Virus record (IMG/VR): IMGVR_UViG_3300009701_000005
Location: 15,126-79,125 of that record
From: a virus
Taxonomy: Duplodnaviria > Caudoviricetes
DNA length: 64,000 nt
Reading direction: 5' to 3' (one strand)
Each line of letters opens with the position of its first letter. Position 1 is the stretch's first letter. Shown here piece by piece: positions 24,437-33,475 of this stretch. The notes under the pieces were generated by a model that had not been told where the DNA came from, did no database searches, and saw only the letters and a program-made list of their open reading frames with translations. Made by a program: the position numbers and the translations under genes.

Positions 24437-24838
24437 ATGATTATCACAGCAAGTCAAATGGGCTGGACGGTTATGGGCATCGTGGCCTTTATGGTTATCG
24501 CCTCGTTGTATATAGTGGCAACAGCGAAAGTAAGGGATTTTGACGCCCCAGATACTCTTCTAGGAGAGATGAGGGAACCTGGGGGTATCTCCGCCCCTAC
24601 TGAGTTTACTCCACAAGAAATAGAGTTTCTCAAGGAATATGCTAGAATTCGAGGTAAGACTTTCAATCCCGGAATTATGAACCGATATCAAATTGATCTT
24701 TATAAAGAATTGTATAAGCTCGAAGACGATATCTGCAACGAAAGGTTGGGTCGAGGATACTGGTTCTGTCAAAATACTCCAACCCAAGTGTTGCAAAAAC
24801 GCAATCTGGAAATTCAACGGGAACTAGGCTTGCTATGA
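24437..24838 (+). CDS. hypothetical membrane-anchored protein
   Basis: N-terminal transmembrane segment; AAGGAG ribosome-binding site. Confidence 0.7.
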   Translation: MIITASQMGWTVMGIVAFMVIASLYIVATAKVRDFDAPDTLLGEMREPGGISAPTEFTPQEIEFLKEYARIRGKTFNPGIMNRYQIDLYKELYKLEDDICNERLGRGYWFCQNTPTQVLQKRNLEIQRELGLL

Positions 24839-25131
24839 GCATTCTTTGCAAATTATTAGGTCATAAGCCTTTCAGGTATGACAGGAACGAAACTTCTCCT
24901 CACCTATACATTCAGGATATCAATGCACGAGAATGCGAAAAGAAAGATCTGGCAATTTCCTTCAATTCTCTATGTGAAAGATGTGCGGAAAATTACGTAG
25001 TTGGCCACGCCCTCTTTCATAGTGTGGACTTCCGAATGACGGAATATATCAAAGAAAACCCGGATTCCTTTTTAAAAGAATCTGAAAAAGATAAGTTCCC
25101 CCCAATTTTGCCGGAATTATTAGGGAACTAA
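24835..25131 (+). CDS. small Zn-finger-like protein (LCKLLGH...CxxC)
   Basis: MSILCKLLGHK...CERC. Confidence 0.65.
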   Translation: MSILCKLLGHKPFRYDRNETSPHLYIQDINARECEKKDLAISFNSLCERCAENYVVGHALFHSVDFRMTEYIKENPDSFLKESEKDKFPPILPELLGN

Positions 25132-25137
25132 CCCGTC

Positions 25138-25290
25138 GTGTTCAAACTTTTCAAATTCTGCTATCATAGATGGTCTCGATGGGGCTTCTTGTATTATTCC
25201 AATTCCATAGAGAGATTTATAAAGGCAAAATACTGTGAAAAATGTGGGGCAGTGAGGAAGGAGTGTCGCGGAACTTTATCAAAATCCTAG
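25138..25290 (+). CDS. small Zn-finger-like protein (50 aa)
   Basis: GTG start; CYHRWSRW...CEKCG. Confidence 0.55.
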   Translation: MFKLFKFCYHRWSRWGFLYYSNSIERFIKAKYCEKCGAVRKECRGTLSKS

Positions 25291-25300
25291 GGAGTAGATA

Positions 25301-25489
25301 ATGTTTAACGTCTTGGAGATAGCTGAATCAGAGCCTTTGACCAGAGAACATTACGAAAGTACTATTCGTGATCTACGTTTGAAAGTTGGAATTCTGGAGC
25401 GTGAACTTAGTGAACTGAAGGGGCAGCCTGGATTAGGTTTCTGTCAGAAATCTAAGAAAACCCCTTTCAATGTACCTAATGAGCTTTAA
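25301..25489 (+). CDS. hypothetical coiled-coil protein
   Basis: GGGAG ribosome-binding site. Confidence 0.6.
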   Translation: MFNVLEIAESEPLTREHYESTIRDLRLKVGILERELSELKGQPGLGFCQKSKKTPFNVPNEL

Positions 25490-25538
25490 AATAGAAACAC
25501 AGGGGCCGCAGAGCCCCATTTTTACCTGGGAGAAATAA

Positions 25539-26138
25539 ATGAATTGGTTTCAAAAACTATTGGTTTGGATTGGCGGAATTAACGTACAGGAAGTAAAACA
25601 AGTGGAATCACAAATAAAACAACAAGCGGACGAAGTCTTTACAGATGTTGACGCTTTGAAACAAAATGCAATTAATGTCGTAACAGCACCTACTGAAGAG
25701 AACGTAGTTACGGCCAAGGTATCGGCTCAAAAAACCGTTAAGGATTTGGCTGAGATTCGTTCAGACATCGAAACTCAATTGGCTACAGACCCTAATCTTG
25801 CAGGGATTCACAAATTCATAGAAACTGTTAGCAATCTCCCTCGTGTTAAAGACACTGAGGCTAAGTTTTTAGCTGCGGCGGATTTCCTGAAGATGGATGG
25901 TCAAACTCTGGCCGCGTCGGGTCAGGATTTTATCTCTACTCTGAATAAACTTGTAACTGATACTAGTAATGGTGCCACAGACAGCATGGCTGGGGATATT
26001 CAGCAATTGGAGAAAGATTTAGCTACTGCCAAGCAAAAACTTGCGGATCAACTAACTACGATCCGTTCTGCCGGCTCAGCTATTCGTGATGAATTCTCTG
26101 TTATTCTACAAGGCATTCAAACACATATTAAGTCATAA
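25539..26138 (+). CDS. hypothetical helical protein
   Basis: GGGAG ribosome-binding site; amphipathic and coiled-coil character. Confidence 0.75.
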   Translation: MNWFQKLLVWIGGINVQEVKQVESQIKQQADEVFTDVDALKQNAINVVTAPTEENVVTAKVSAQKTVKDLAEIRSDIETQLATDPNLAGIHKFIETVSNLPRVKDTEAKFLAAADFLKMDGQTLAASGQDFISTLNKLVTDTSNGATDSMAGDIQQLEKDLATAKQKLADQLTTIRSAGSAIRDEFSVILQGIQTHIKS

Positions 26139-26159
26139 AACTTGCCTTAAGGGGTAAAA

Positions 26160-26423
26160 ATGATTTATTGGTTTAAACTGTTTTTCAAACGATTTTTCCA
26201 TATCCATGATTATGGGTATTGGGAGATTATTAAAAGCGGTCCTGTAGTAGATACGGAAACTGGCAAGATTGTAGGTAATTACCATGATATTAGGCGTGTT
26301 TGCAAAGATGGTTGGCGTTGGTTTATTCGCCTTTCTAGAAATACGGATAGGCAGAAGAGCATGACCAATGAGTTACGTAAACAAGTTCAGGTGTATTTGG
26401 AATATCCAAAAGCAGGATGGTAA
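26160..26423 (+). CDS. hypothetical protein
   Basis: AAGGGG ribosome-binding site. Confidence 0.6.
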   Translation: MIYWFKLFFKRFFHIHDYGYWEIIKSGPVVDTETGKIVGNYHDIRRVCKDGWRWFIRLSRNTDRQKSMTNELRKQVQVYLEYPKAGW

Positions 26424-26500
26424 GTATTACCAAGAGAAAGGGTAGGGGTTTCAACAACCCTTTCTTTTTTGGTACAAGAGAATTAGGAGGTATCTCTATC

Positions 26501-26707
26501 ATGAAGTTCAAAACGATAACAACGAAAGTTATAAAGTTGAATGAATTATCTCAAGCAGTACTTGACGAGATATGGCCAAAAGGTGAACCTCTTTTTTGGG
26601 TAAAAGTGCCTAAAAGCATCAAAGAAGTCGAGAATAATCCAGAGTGGAATAACGTTTGCAAAGAAGCAGACTTCTCTCCTGGAGAGTATATTCTTATAGA
26701 AAAATAA
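26501..26707 (+). CDS. hypothetical protein, paralog of 26714
   Basis: AGGAGG ribosome-binding site and ATG at 26501; W...C...DF.PGE. Confidence 0.7.
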   Translation: MKFKTITTKVIKLNELSQAVLDEIWPKGEPLFWVKVPKSIKEVENNPEWNNVCKEADFSPGEYILIEK

Positions 26708-26713
26708 CGATAA

Positions 26714-26929
26714 ATGACAAAACGCGAACGCAGATTTTTAAGCTTTAAGGATTTCCCTAAGGAGCTTCAGGATGAACTTGTTCCAGATGATGGGGATAAG
26801 CCATATTTATTTCTTGTCCTATTTGTACCTAAAGAGGGTAGAGTAGATGAGAAAAGGCCTATATGGTCAAAATATTGTTTAGACAATGATTTCATTCCTG
26901 GTGAAGATGTGTTCGCGGATTTTAATTAA
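26714..26929 (+). CDS. hypothetical protein, paralog of 26501
   Basis: WSKYCLDNDFIPGED. Confidence 0.7.
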   Translation: MTKRERRFLSFKDFPKELQDELVPDDGDKPYLFLVLFVPKEGRVDEKRPIWSKYCLDNDFIPGEDVFADFN

Positions 26930-26949
26930 ATGTTGAATAGAAAGTAGAG

Positions 26950-27837
26950 ATGAGTAAAACATATATTTTATACCATTCTCATTGCCTTGATGGTTCGGGA
27001 GCACGTTATGCAGCATGGGCGAAATTTAAAAACAATGCTGAATACATTCCCGTAAATTACAACCAACCTGTTCCCGAGTTAGAGCCAAATTCCAAAATTT
27101 TCATCCTGGATTTCAGCTACCCTAGGAACGTTTTAGAGGGCCTACAAGCCTCTGGACACAGTATCACAATACTAGACCACCATAAGACCGCAGAAGAGGC
27201 TCTAAGGGGCTTCCCCGGAGCTTATTTCAATATGCAAAAAAGCGGAGCGGTTTTGTCGTGGGAGTTCTTCCACCCCAACACAGAAGTGCCTAAACTGTTA
27301 CTGCATATCCAAGATCGGGATTTGTGGAAGTTTAACATTCCTGGAACTAAAGAAATAAACATGGCTATTCCTCTTATGGAAGGGGATATGCTACTATGGA
27401 ACGACGTTGTTATAGCTGATAAAGGGGCAAAATTACCGGCAGAACCTCTGTGGACCCTTGATAAGCTAGAGGCGGCAGGCACCGTTCTGGAGCAATCGAA
27501 TCAGCAAAAAATCAAAGCAGCACTTAAATCCAAGATTAAGATAATCAAGTTCCTTGGGTACGAAATTGGAATTTGTAACACGGGGGAACTCAGCTCAGAA
27601 ATATGTAATGCTATTTGTGAAAGCAAGGATTTGAACGTAGATTTTGCTGCTACGTACTGTATCACTCCAAAAGATGAAATACTGTTCTCTTTACGTTCGG
27701 TAGGGGTAATGGATGTATCCAAAATTGCACAACGATTTGGGGGCGGGGGCCATCAAAACGCTAGCGGATTCAAAACAGATTTACCAACTCTTATAAAAAT
27801 TCTAGCAGGGGAATTGGGTGAAGTGTCAGCATTGTGA
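26950..27837 (+). CDS. DHH/DHHA1 phosphoesterase
   Basis: CLDG, ILDFS, ILDHHKT, FSLRS, GGGGHQNASGF. Confidence 0.9.
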   Translation: MSKTYILYHSHCLDGSGARYAAWAKFKNNAEYIPVNYNQPVPELEPNSKIFILDFSYPRNVLEGLQASGHSITILDHHKTAEEALRGFPGAYFNMQKSGAVLSWEFFHPNTEVPKLLLHIQDRDLWKFNIPGTKEINMAIPLMEGDMLLWNDVVIADKGAKLPAEPLWTLDKLEAAGTVLEQSNQQKIKAALKSKIKIIKFLGYEIGICNTGELSSEICNAICESKDLNVDFAATYCITPKDEILFSLRSVGVMDVSKIAQRFGGGGHQNASGFKTDLPTLIKILAGELGEVSAL

Positions 27838-28015
27838 TAGCAGCGAAGAGGGTTTAGCGTACCGTAAGTATTCATGCTATTATTGTAAGGATACTGGGCA
27901 AGAAATACAACGAGCTATTGTAAGAGAAATAACGGTTAAGCCGTTACAATTGAAATTGAGAAATAGACTAAAAGAATTATTAGAACAACATGACAGAAAA
28001 ACACGAACAATTTGA
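27818..28015 (+). CDS. small CxxC zinc-finger protein
   Basis: CQHC...CYYCKDTG. Confidence 0.6.
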   Translation: MKCQHCDSSEEGLAYRKYSCYYCKDTGQEIQRAIVREITVKPLQLKLRNRLKELLEQHDRKTRTI

Positions 28016-28550
28016 AAAACAACCACTAATTTTTGGGCAACTTAGCTGTGGTATGCCAGGTCTTAATGCGCGTTGGACCCCCTCCGATATGCACCAGGAA
28101 TGTTTTTCTACGCAGAAATGGGATACTGACTGGGATCTAAATCGTAGAGTTCCAGGCACTTCAGACTTCCCTATTTTTAATGAGGATAAGACTCCTCTCA
28201 GCGATATTATCAAAACTGCCATCGAAAAAGCGGTTATTACAAAAACCGCCTTAGATCCCGAACCAGCACATACTTTCCTTGAAGAAGCTGTAACTACGAT
28301 GAAGGCCCGTGCTGCTCTCCGTGACAAGGTGGAGGAGGGGGAGCGTAGTATGGCAACTATCGTCAGGGTTTTCAATGCTCTCACCGGGTTAGAATTGACA
28401 GAAGCAGAAGGCTGGAGCTTCATGATCATTTTAAAGATGGTGCGAGGCCAACAAGGCTCTTATAACCGTGATGATTATGTGGATATGGGTGCGTACGCAG
28501 CTTTGCTGGGGGAATGTGAAAGCAGTAATGCTGCCAGGAGAAAAACGTGA
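27990..28550 (+). CDS. protein with a DUF6378-like C-terminal domain (possible nucleotide hydrolase)
   Basis: ERSM..IV.VFNALTG..LTE.EGW.FM..LK.VR...G.Y..DDYVD..AYAAL. Confidence 0.65.
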   Translation: MTEKHEQFEKQPLIFGQLSCGMPGLNARWTPSDMHQECFSTQKWDTDWDLNRRVPGTSDFPIFNEDKTPLSDIIKTAIEKAVITKTALDPEPAHTFLEEAVTTMKARAALRDKVEEGERSMATIVRVFNALTGLELTEAEGWSFMIILKMVRGQQGSYNRDDYVDMGAYAALLGECESSNAARRKT

Positions 28551-28720
28551 GAGGTGATCCTAATTGGCGAGAGCATCTCAGCGTTGGCAGCATAGTCATA
28601 GCAGGAAATAACGATCATGCCTTCGTCGTAACAGCCATTGATGGTGATACGGTTACGGTCCGTCCCTAGGACGATGAAGATGCAGATACTTTTCAAGTTA
28701 ACATATCGGATTTGAAATGA
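28547..28720 (+). pseudogene. SH3-like small gene with an in-frame TAG (28667-28669)
   Basis: the GTG start overlaps the upstream stop and the distal TGA overlaps the downstream ATG. Confidence 0.6.
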
Positions 28721-29055
28721 TAAACGAAAACCTAAATGTTGTATACGAACCCTTTATCCCGGGAGTAACATTCGACTCAAGACCTATAGAAAATCTGGGT
28801 CAAAACGTTTCCGGTATTAACAGAAATATCTTCCCTAAAGCCCCTTTTTCGGAAGTGAAATGGCGTTTGGAAAATATCCTGGTCGAAGCTAAAAGATCCC
28901 TGGACGTTTTAACATTACACAACCGTATTGTCGGTAAACAGCACCTAGCTTTGAATAAGTTAGGAATGCTCATTATTGACATCAAAGCCACACTGGCCTC
29001 TATCGAAGAACAAGTACAAAAGGAACTAACTAATGACAACGCTAACACAATCTAA
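28717..29055 (+). CDS. hypothetical protein
   Basis: coupled ORF. Confidence 0.7.
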   Translation: MINENLNVVYEPFIPGVTFDSRPIENLGQNVSGINRNIFPKAPFSEVKWRLENILVEAKRSLDVLTLHNRIVGKQHLALNKLGMLIIDIKATLASIEEQVQKELTNDNANTI

Positions 29056-29770
29056 ATTTGAAGAAATGGTGGCTATGCAAGAAGCCATGAACAGTAGGGT
29101 CATTAAAGACTGGCGTAGTCAAAATTATGCCTGGAAAGATGCTATCTGGACCGAGGCTGCAGAGGCTTTTGGCCATTTGAAATTTGAATGGTGGAAGAAT
29201 CAAGGTAGTCCTATTAACTACGAAGCCGTTAAACTGGAATTGATAGATATTTGGCATTTCCTCTTAAGTGAGATTATGTCCAAAGAAGACTTGATTAAAC
29301 AGGATAAAGGGTACGATTCCCTTTACAGTTTTGTTAAAGACGTTATTGAATTTTCGGAATCTTTTAATGAATCACTGTTTAAATTTGACAAACTTGATTT
29401 CCAAAAAAGAGCGCTACGATTTATTGTAGAAGGTGCGGCAGGTCTGGATGGAGAAAAGAGCCCTTCAGGAGGTGTCGGCCACATACTTGGGGGATTCTAT
29501 CTTTCGCTCCGTGCTTTTGACGTTTCTTGGGATGACCTATATAAAGGGTATATCGGTAAAAACACTTTGAACCGGTTCCGACAAGATCATGGATACAAAA
29601 CAGATACTGCCTCTTACAAATCTACGTGGTATCCAGAAGAAGATAACGATCATTTGACGATTATAGTCAACTCCCTGGACGTAGATTCACCGTCTTTTAA
29701 AGAAGACATTTACGCAAAGCTGGAAGATATTTGGAACTATAAAAATGAACCGAAAAAAGCTGTTGCTTGA
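29033..29770 (+). CDS. dut: dimeric (all-alpha) dUTPase
   Basis: Q..MN, TEAAE, KFEWWK, LELIDIWHF, YIGKNTLNRFRQDHGYK. Confidence 0.9.
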   Translation: MTTLTQSKFEEMVAMQEAMNSRVIKDWRSQNYAWKDAIWTEAAEAFGHLKFEWWKNQGSPINYEAVKLELIDIWHFLLSEIMSKEDLIKQDKGYDSLYSFVKDVIEFSESFNESLFKFDKLDFQKRALRFIVEGAAGLDGEKSPSGGVGHILGGFYLSLRAFDVSWDDLYKGYIGKNTLNRFRQDHGYKTDTASYKSTWYPEEDNDHLTIIVNSLDVDSPSFKEDIYAKLEDIWNYKNEPKKAVA

Positions 29771-30026
29771 ACTTGATGTAGATACTGAATCTCTGTGGAG
29801 TGACGATCTTGATGCGGAGGTTTTTATAACAAATTTGACTCACCCTGACCTAGCCGGGTCTTTGAAAATTTCATCCTCTAGCGAGGTCTTGAACATGAAA
29901 CACCTGGAACAGTTAAAAAATACTAGTAGTTCCGCAGCTCAACCAAATCTTATTGATGAAATTATGGGTAAGGCGGGTAAATTAGTTTCTGGCGTTTCAG
30001 AATTGAAACAGGTATTAAAGAGTTAG
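29745..30026 (+). CDS. hypothetical protein
   Basis: last ORF of the + strand block. Confidence 0.65.
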   Translation: MNRKKLLLELDVDTESLWSDDLDAEVFITNLTHPDLAGSLKISSSSEVLNMKHLEQLKNTSSSAAQPNLIDEIMGKAGKLVSGVSELKQVLKS

Positions 30027-30032
30027 CATGAT

Positions 30033-30068
30033 AAGAAAGACTTTGCTAGGCTAGGCACAGTCTTTTTT
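30033..30068. terminator. bidirectional terminator between convergent blocks
   Basis: AAAGACT..AGTCTTT flanked by A- and T-runs. Confidence 0.65.
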
Positions 30069-30071
30069 AGC

Positions 30072-30341
30072 TTAATCACTAAGAACATTTGAACTACCGC
30101 CGGTAATTACTGCCCCACAACCTGCTACGTCACCCACTCTTAGCACATACTCATCGTTTGTTTTAGTAGCAGATGAAGTAGAGGTAACTGCAGTAGTGCC
30201 GTGGCCTGAAATTGGGCACTGGTGAAGATTGCCAGAAACGCAAATAGCTTCCCCATTAGCTTTCCCTAACCCGGTGGCTGTTATCATAACCCCTCCATGA
30301 CTGCTACTATCTCCCAACCGAACCATTCCCAATAACGACAT
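30072..30341 (-). CDS. PAAR-motif spike-tip protein
   Basis: RLGDSSSHGG, CPISGHG, RVGDVAGCGAVI. Confidence 0.9.
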   Translation of the reverse strand: MSLLGMVRLGDSSSHGGVMITATGLGKANGEAICVSGNLHQCPISGHGTTAVTSTSSATKTNDEYVLRVGDVAGCGAVITGGSSNVLSD

Positions 30342-30343
30342 AA

Positions 30344-30808
30344 TTAATCCGAAGTTGAAAGTCCGCCAGCACCCAAATTGTTAGGGTAGCCAGGGTTGGT
30401 AGTGCTGTTGTAAATATCTGGTAATTCTGTATTAGCTAATCTAGTTGAAGAGCGGATAATTGTAAAAAACCCTTTAGCTAACATAATTCTGGCACTGTTA
30501 GGGGCAATTAAAACTAAATTGTATATGCCTTGATGCCAATTAGTGTTTTGAGTATCCGAATACGCTACGTACCAGTCAATGGTGCCCTGAGCGGCTCCTA
30601 GAACTAATCCTCCATCGGGACCACTGGTATATGTGAGTTTTGTACCGGGATCGTTAACGCCTGCATACATGTTGCGAACTTGTATTTCCGCCCTGTAACC
30701 AGTAAGATTCATAGGTAAACTGGTGGAAGGATCATTGTAGATAAATTGAGTAGAGAAATCTGACTCCTCTTGAATTTCTACATTAAAGTTTTGTAAATAA
30801 AAAGTCAT
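30344..30808 (-). CDS. virion beta-sandwich protein
   Basis: P.NLTGYRAEIQVR...GTIDW...YNLVL pattern typical of tail accessory proteins. Confidence 0.6.
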   Translation of the reverse strand: MTFYLQNFNVEIQEESDFSTQFIYNDPSTSLPMNLTGYRAEIQVRNMYAGVNDPGTKLTYTSGPDGGLVLGAAQGTIDWYVAYSDTQNTNWHQGIYNLVLIAPNSARIMLAKGFFTIIRSSTRLANTELPDIYNSTTNPGYPNNLGAGGLSTSD

Positions 30809-30911
30809 ATTCTTTGTTTTGCCCCTGTTCCACCTAATATAATAAAAGCGATTGCCAAGATTAGATTTCTCATGTCTTTTGGCAATCGCCTTCGACTTCG
30901 TGTTTTATTCA

Positions 30912-31430
30912 TTATTCGTTTGTTGCTTCTGCCGCTGCCATTAGTCTATCCACTTCTGCTTTAGCAACAGCTTCTCTTTTTTTAGCTTCTTCATAAGTTT
31001 TACGGTCTTCTTCGGCTTTTGCTTTAGCCATTTCAAGCTCTTGATATCTGCCCTCAGCAGTGTATCTTTTCAAAGCTCCGACTACGGCTTTAAACAGATA
31101 GTCTTTGGATTTTTGTTCAGGAGGTAGCTCGTCGTAAGGTACGCAACAAGGATGGGTTCTCTTTTCTTCATCTTTAACATCCCCATAAGTCCAACCTTCT
31201 GCTTGTTTAACTGCCAACCACGAATCGTGATTAGCTGATGGAGGGGCTTCAGGATTGTTTAAACAAAATTTAACTCCTTGTTTAGCAGAGTGTTTTTGCC
31301 ATTCTGGAGCTGATTCCCAAGTAACTTGACTTACATCTCCAATAGATTCGCAGTAAGATCTATTTACATTATGTGCAACTCGGGCAACTTCTTCGATAGT
31401 CAAATGGATAACAGCATTTTCAGTAGTCAT
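30912..31430 (-). CDS. RyR-domain phage protein
   Basis: HDSWLAVKQAEGWTYGDVKDEEKRTHPCCVPYDELP. Confidence 0.85.
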   Translation of the reverse strand: MTTENAVIHLTIEEVARVAHNVNRSYCESIGDVSQVTWESAPEWQKHSAKQGVKFCLNNPEAPPSANHDSWLAVKQAEGWTYGDVKDEEKRTHPCCVPYDELPPEQKSKDYLFKAVVGALKRYTAEGRYQELEMAKAKAEEDRKTYEEAKKREAVAKAEVDRLMAAAEATNE

Positions 31431-31446
31431 TGTAATAGATTCCTTT

Positions 31447-31827
31447 TCATTTTAAGGTACTATTATCTCCTGCCGCGCCGCTACTGTCAACTCTCTTATT
31501 GAAAGTATCTATTCCTTTATTGACAGAATTTAATCCACCCCACAGCCCTGCGTATATACCGAAATACATCTCAGTTAAACCGTTATGCATTATTAGGTAA
31601 ATAAAACCGAAACTTGTAACGAGCATTGCTACCAACTGACCTAACTTATAAAGACTAGCCCTATTAGTTACTGGGTCCATTAGGAAGTCTTTTGCATCAA
31701 ATAGATTATTGCCTTTATGAGCACGGTAAATAGCCCATAAAAAAACTAGTATCCCCAATAGGAGGAATACTGGGAGTTTTTCCATAACTGTCAAAGGTGC
31801 TAAAAACGCAATTATACTATTAAGCAT
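31447..31827 (-). CDS. membrane protein (holin-like)
   Basis: three hydrophobic segments; adjacent to the lysozyme. Confidence 0.6.
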   Translation of the reverse strand: MLNSIIAFLAPLTVMEKLPVFLLLGILVFLWAIYRAHKGNNLFDAKDFLMDPVTNRASLYKLGQLVAMLVTSFGFIYLIMHNGLTEMYFGIYAGLWGGLNSVNKGIDTFNKRVDSSGAAGDNSTLK

Positions 31828-32272
31828 TTGCGGAGTCCGGGGTACTAAATTCGCCAGCTTCTGCTAAACGTCTACGTAAAAGACCTGCCACTTCCTTGCC
31901 GCCAGCATGGTCCCAGACCTGAAATTGCTCAATGCAAGCCTCAAAATTTCCCGCGTTAAGGTCTTTAAGTAAAGTCGAGGATTCAAAATTACCTTCCCCC
32001 AGATTGAATACGAAGTCCACCAGGGCGTTAAATTCGTTTTGGGTAAGCTGGATTGTAACTAAGCGATTGACGGCGTTTACGGCCGTTTGAACGTCTTCCA
32101 GGAGCCATTGATTGGCTTGGTCTTGGGTGCAGGTCATGCCCATGCTGACACCCTTAGTATGGCCATACCCAATAGTGGGGACGCCTACCGAATCCAAATA
32201 GGCTGAAAGACGAAGTCCTTCGAATTGTTCCGTCAGATTTTCACCCGACTGAGTATATTGCATTTCAGTCAT
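31820..32272 (-). CDS. GH24 lysozyme (endolysin)
   Basis: FEGLRLSAYLDSVGVPTIGYGHT (E-8aa-D-5aa-T); FNLG; GLLRRR. Confidence 0.95.
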   Translation of the reverse strand: MTEMQYTQSGENLTEQFEGLRLSAYLDSVGVPTIGYGHTKGVSMGMTCTQDQANQWLLEDVQTAVNAVNRLVTIQLTQNEFNALVDFVFNLGEGNFESSTLLKDLNAGNFEACIEQFQVWDHAGGKEVAGLLRRRLAEAGEFSTPDSANA

Positions 32273-32661
32273 GCTGCTCTTTCTACTGTTTTAGGCTTCC
32301 ACGTACCTACCCAATATTGGTGAAGGAAATCATGAAGGCTCATGCTTAAACTAAAGACTATTACTGCTAAAAAGATAAAATCTATTGATAACGCGCTAGA
32401 TAGGTATATAGGTAAATCGGATACCATAAGAGTTGCTGATCCTAGAAATCCTATACTTAGCAATGAAAATATATACTTACAAAATATATCTACTATCTGC
32501 CTAGATCTACAAAGATCTATTGCTGATCCTAGTGAAACACATCCTAGAATAGCAAATGTTGCAAAATCTTTAAATAAATTTCCATTACTTAATATGGATA
32601 TAACGTTAGTTAGAATGCTCATCTTTATTAGAATCCGAGTGTTTAGTTTGTTCAGGCCCAA
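32269..32661 (-). CDS. membrane protein (holin or antiholin-like)
   Basis: three transmembrane segments; start uncertain. Confidence 0.6.
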   Translation of the reverse strand: MGLNKLNTRILIKMSILTNVISILSNGNLFKDFATFAILGCVSLGSAIDLCRSRQIVDIFCKYIFSLLSIGFLGSATLMVSDLPIYLSSALSIDFIFLAVIVFSLSMSLHDFLHQYWVGTWKPKTVERAA

Positions 32662-33001
32662 TTGCCCTATCTACTATCCTATCCAACGTAGATACTCCAC
32701 GCTTTTCCAGAAATTGGAAAACGCTTTTTAGTATTGCGACTCCAAAAGTTCCTAAGAACCAAGATAATGCTACAACACCTTCTATACCGGTGATGTTAAA
32801 ACGTTGGGCCAGATAGGGGCCCACGAATATGCTTAATGAAGCCCCTGTTACAGCCATAGATAAAGCGTGTAAAAATGTAATTCGCCCTTTATCAGCTAAG
32901 GCTAATATGGGCACAATACTTCCGGCGATTCCTGAGAAAATAGACCAGATTTTAGTAGCAGAGAAATATGCTGCTACTGAGATAGATGCCGGTTCTGTCA
33001 T
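32606..33001 (-). CDS. holin-like membrane protein
   Basis: three transmembrane segments and a charged C-terminus. Confidence 0.65.
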   Translation of the reverse strand: MTEPASISVAAYFSATKIWSIFSGIAGSIVPILALADKGRITFLHALSMAVTGASLSIFVGPYLAQRFNITGIEGVVALSWFLGTFGVAILKSVFQFLEKRGVSTLDRIVDRAIGPEQTKHSDSNKDEHSN

Positions 33002-33037
33002 TTACTACCCTTTTTCAAAATATACATTTATTTTAAA

Positions 33038-33475
33038 CTAGGCAGGTATTTCCGGCCATACCAAATTCATGGGATCCGCCTGTTTCGTAATATCTCTTAA
33101 TGCTTGAATATATTGTAAAATTGGGACTACGTTTTCCGTAACATTTAACCCTAAAGCGAGCTCGTCATAGTGCCTCTCAACTCTCCACCGTATTTGGCTT
33201 ATCAAGTTATTACGGAATTGTCTAACCTCTTGCCAAACCATGTCTTTCAACCCGTTCTTGCAAACATCTATATCATCGGCCGATATTCCTACTTCTAAAG
33301 CTTGTGGCTCTGTAAGAAATCCTTTATTTACATGGCCTGCCCAGCTCAAGTCGGATAAAGCCTCCCCCATGCCTTCATTCAAACCTGAGATGTTTTCCCA
33401 AGTTTGGGGTAAAGGGCCGATCTGCAAAATTTTCTTTTCTGCTTTATCTATTAAGTAATAAATTGTTTGAGGCAT
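33038..33475 (-). CDS. tail fibre assembly-like protein
   Basis: VRQFRNNLI...W.YIQALRDIT.Q..P..LVWP. Confidence 0.7.
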   Translation of the reverse strand: MPQTIYYLIDKAEKKILQIGPLPQTWENISGLNEGMGEALSDLSWAGHVNKGFLTEPQALEVGISADDIDVCKNGLKDMVWQEVRQFRNNLISQIRWRVERHYDELALGLNVTENVVPILQYIQALRDITKQADPMNLVWPEIPA

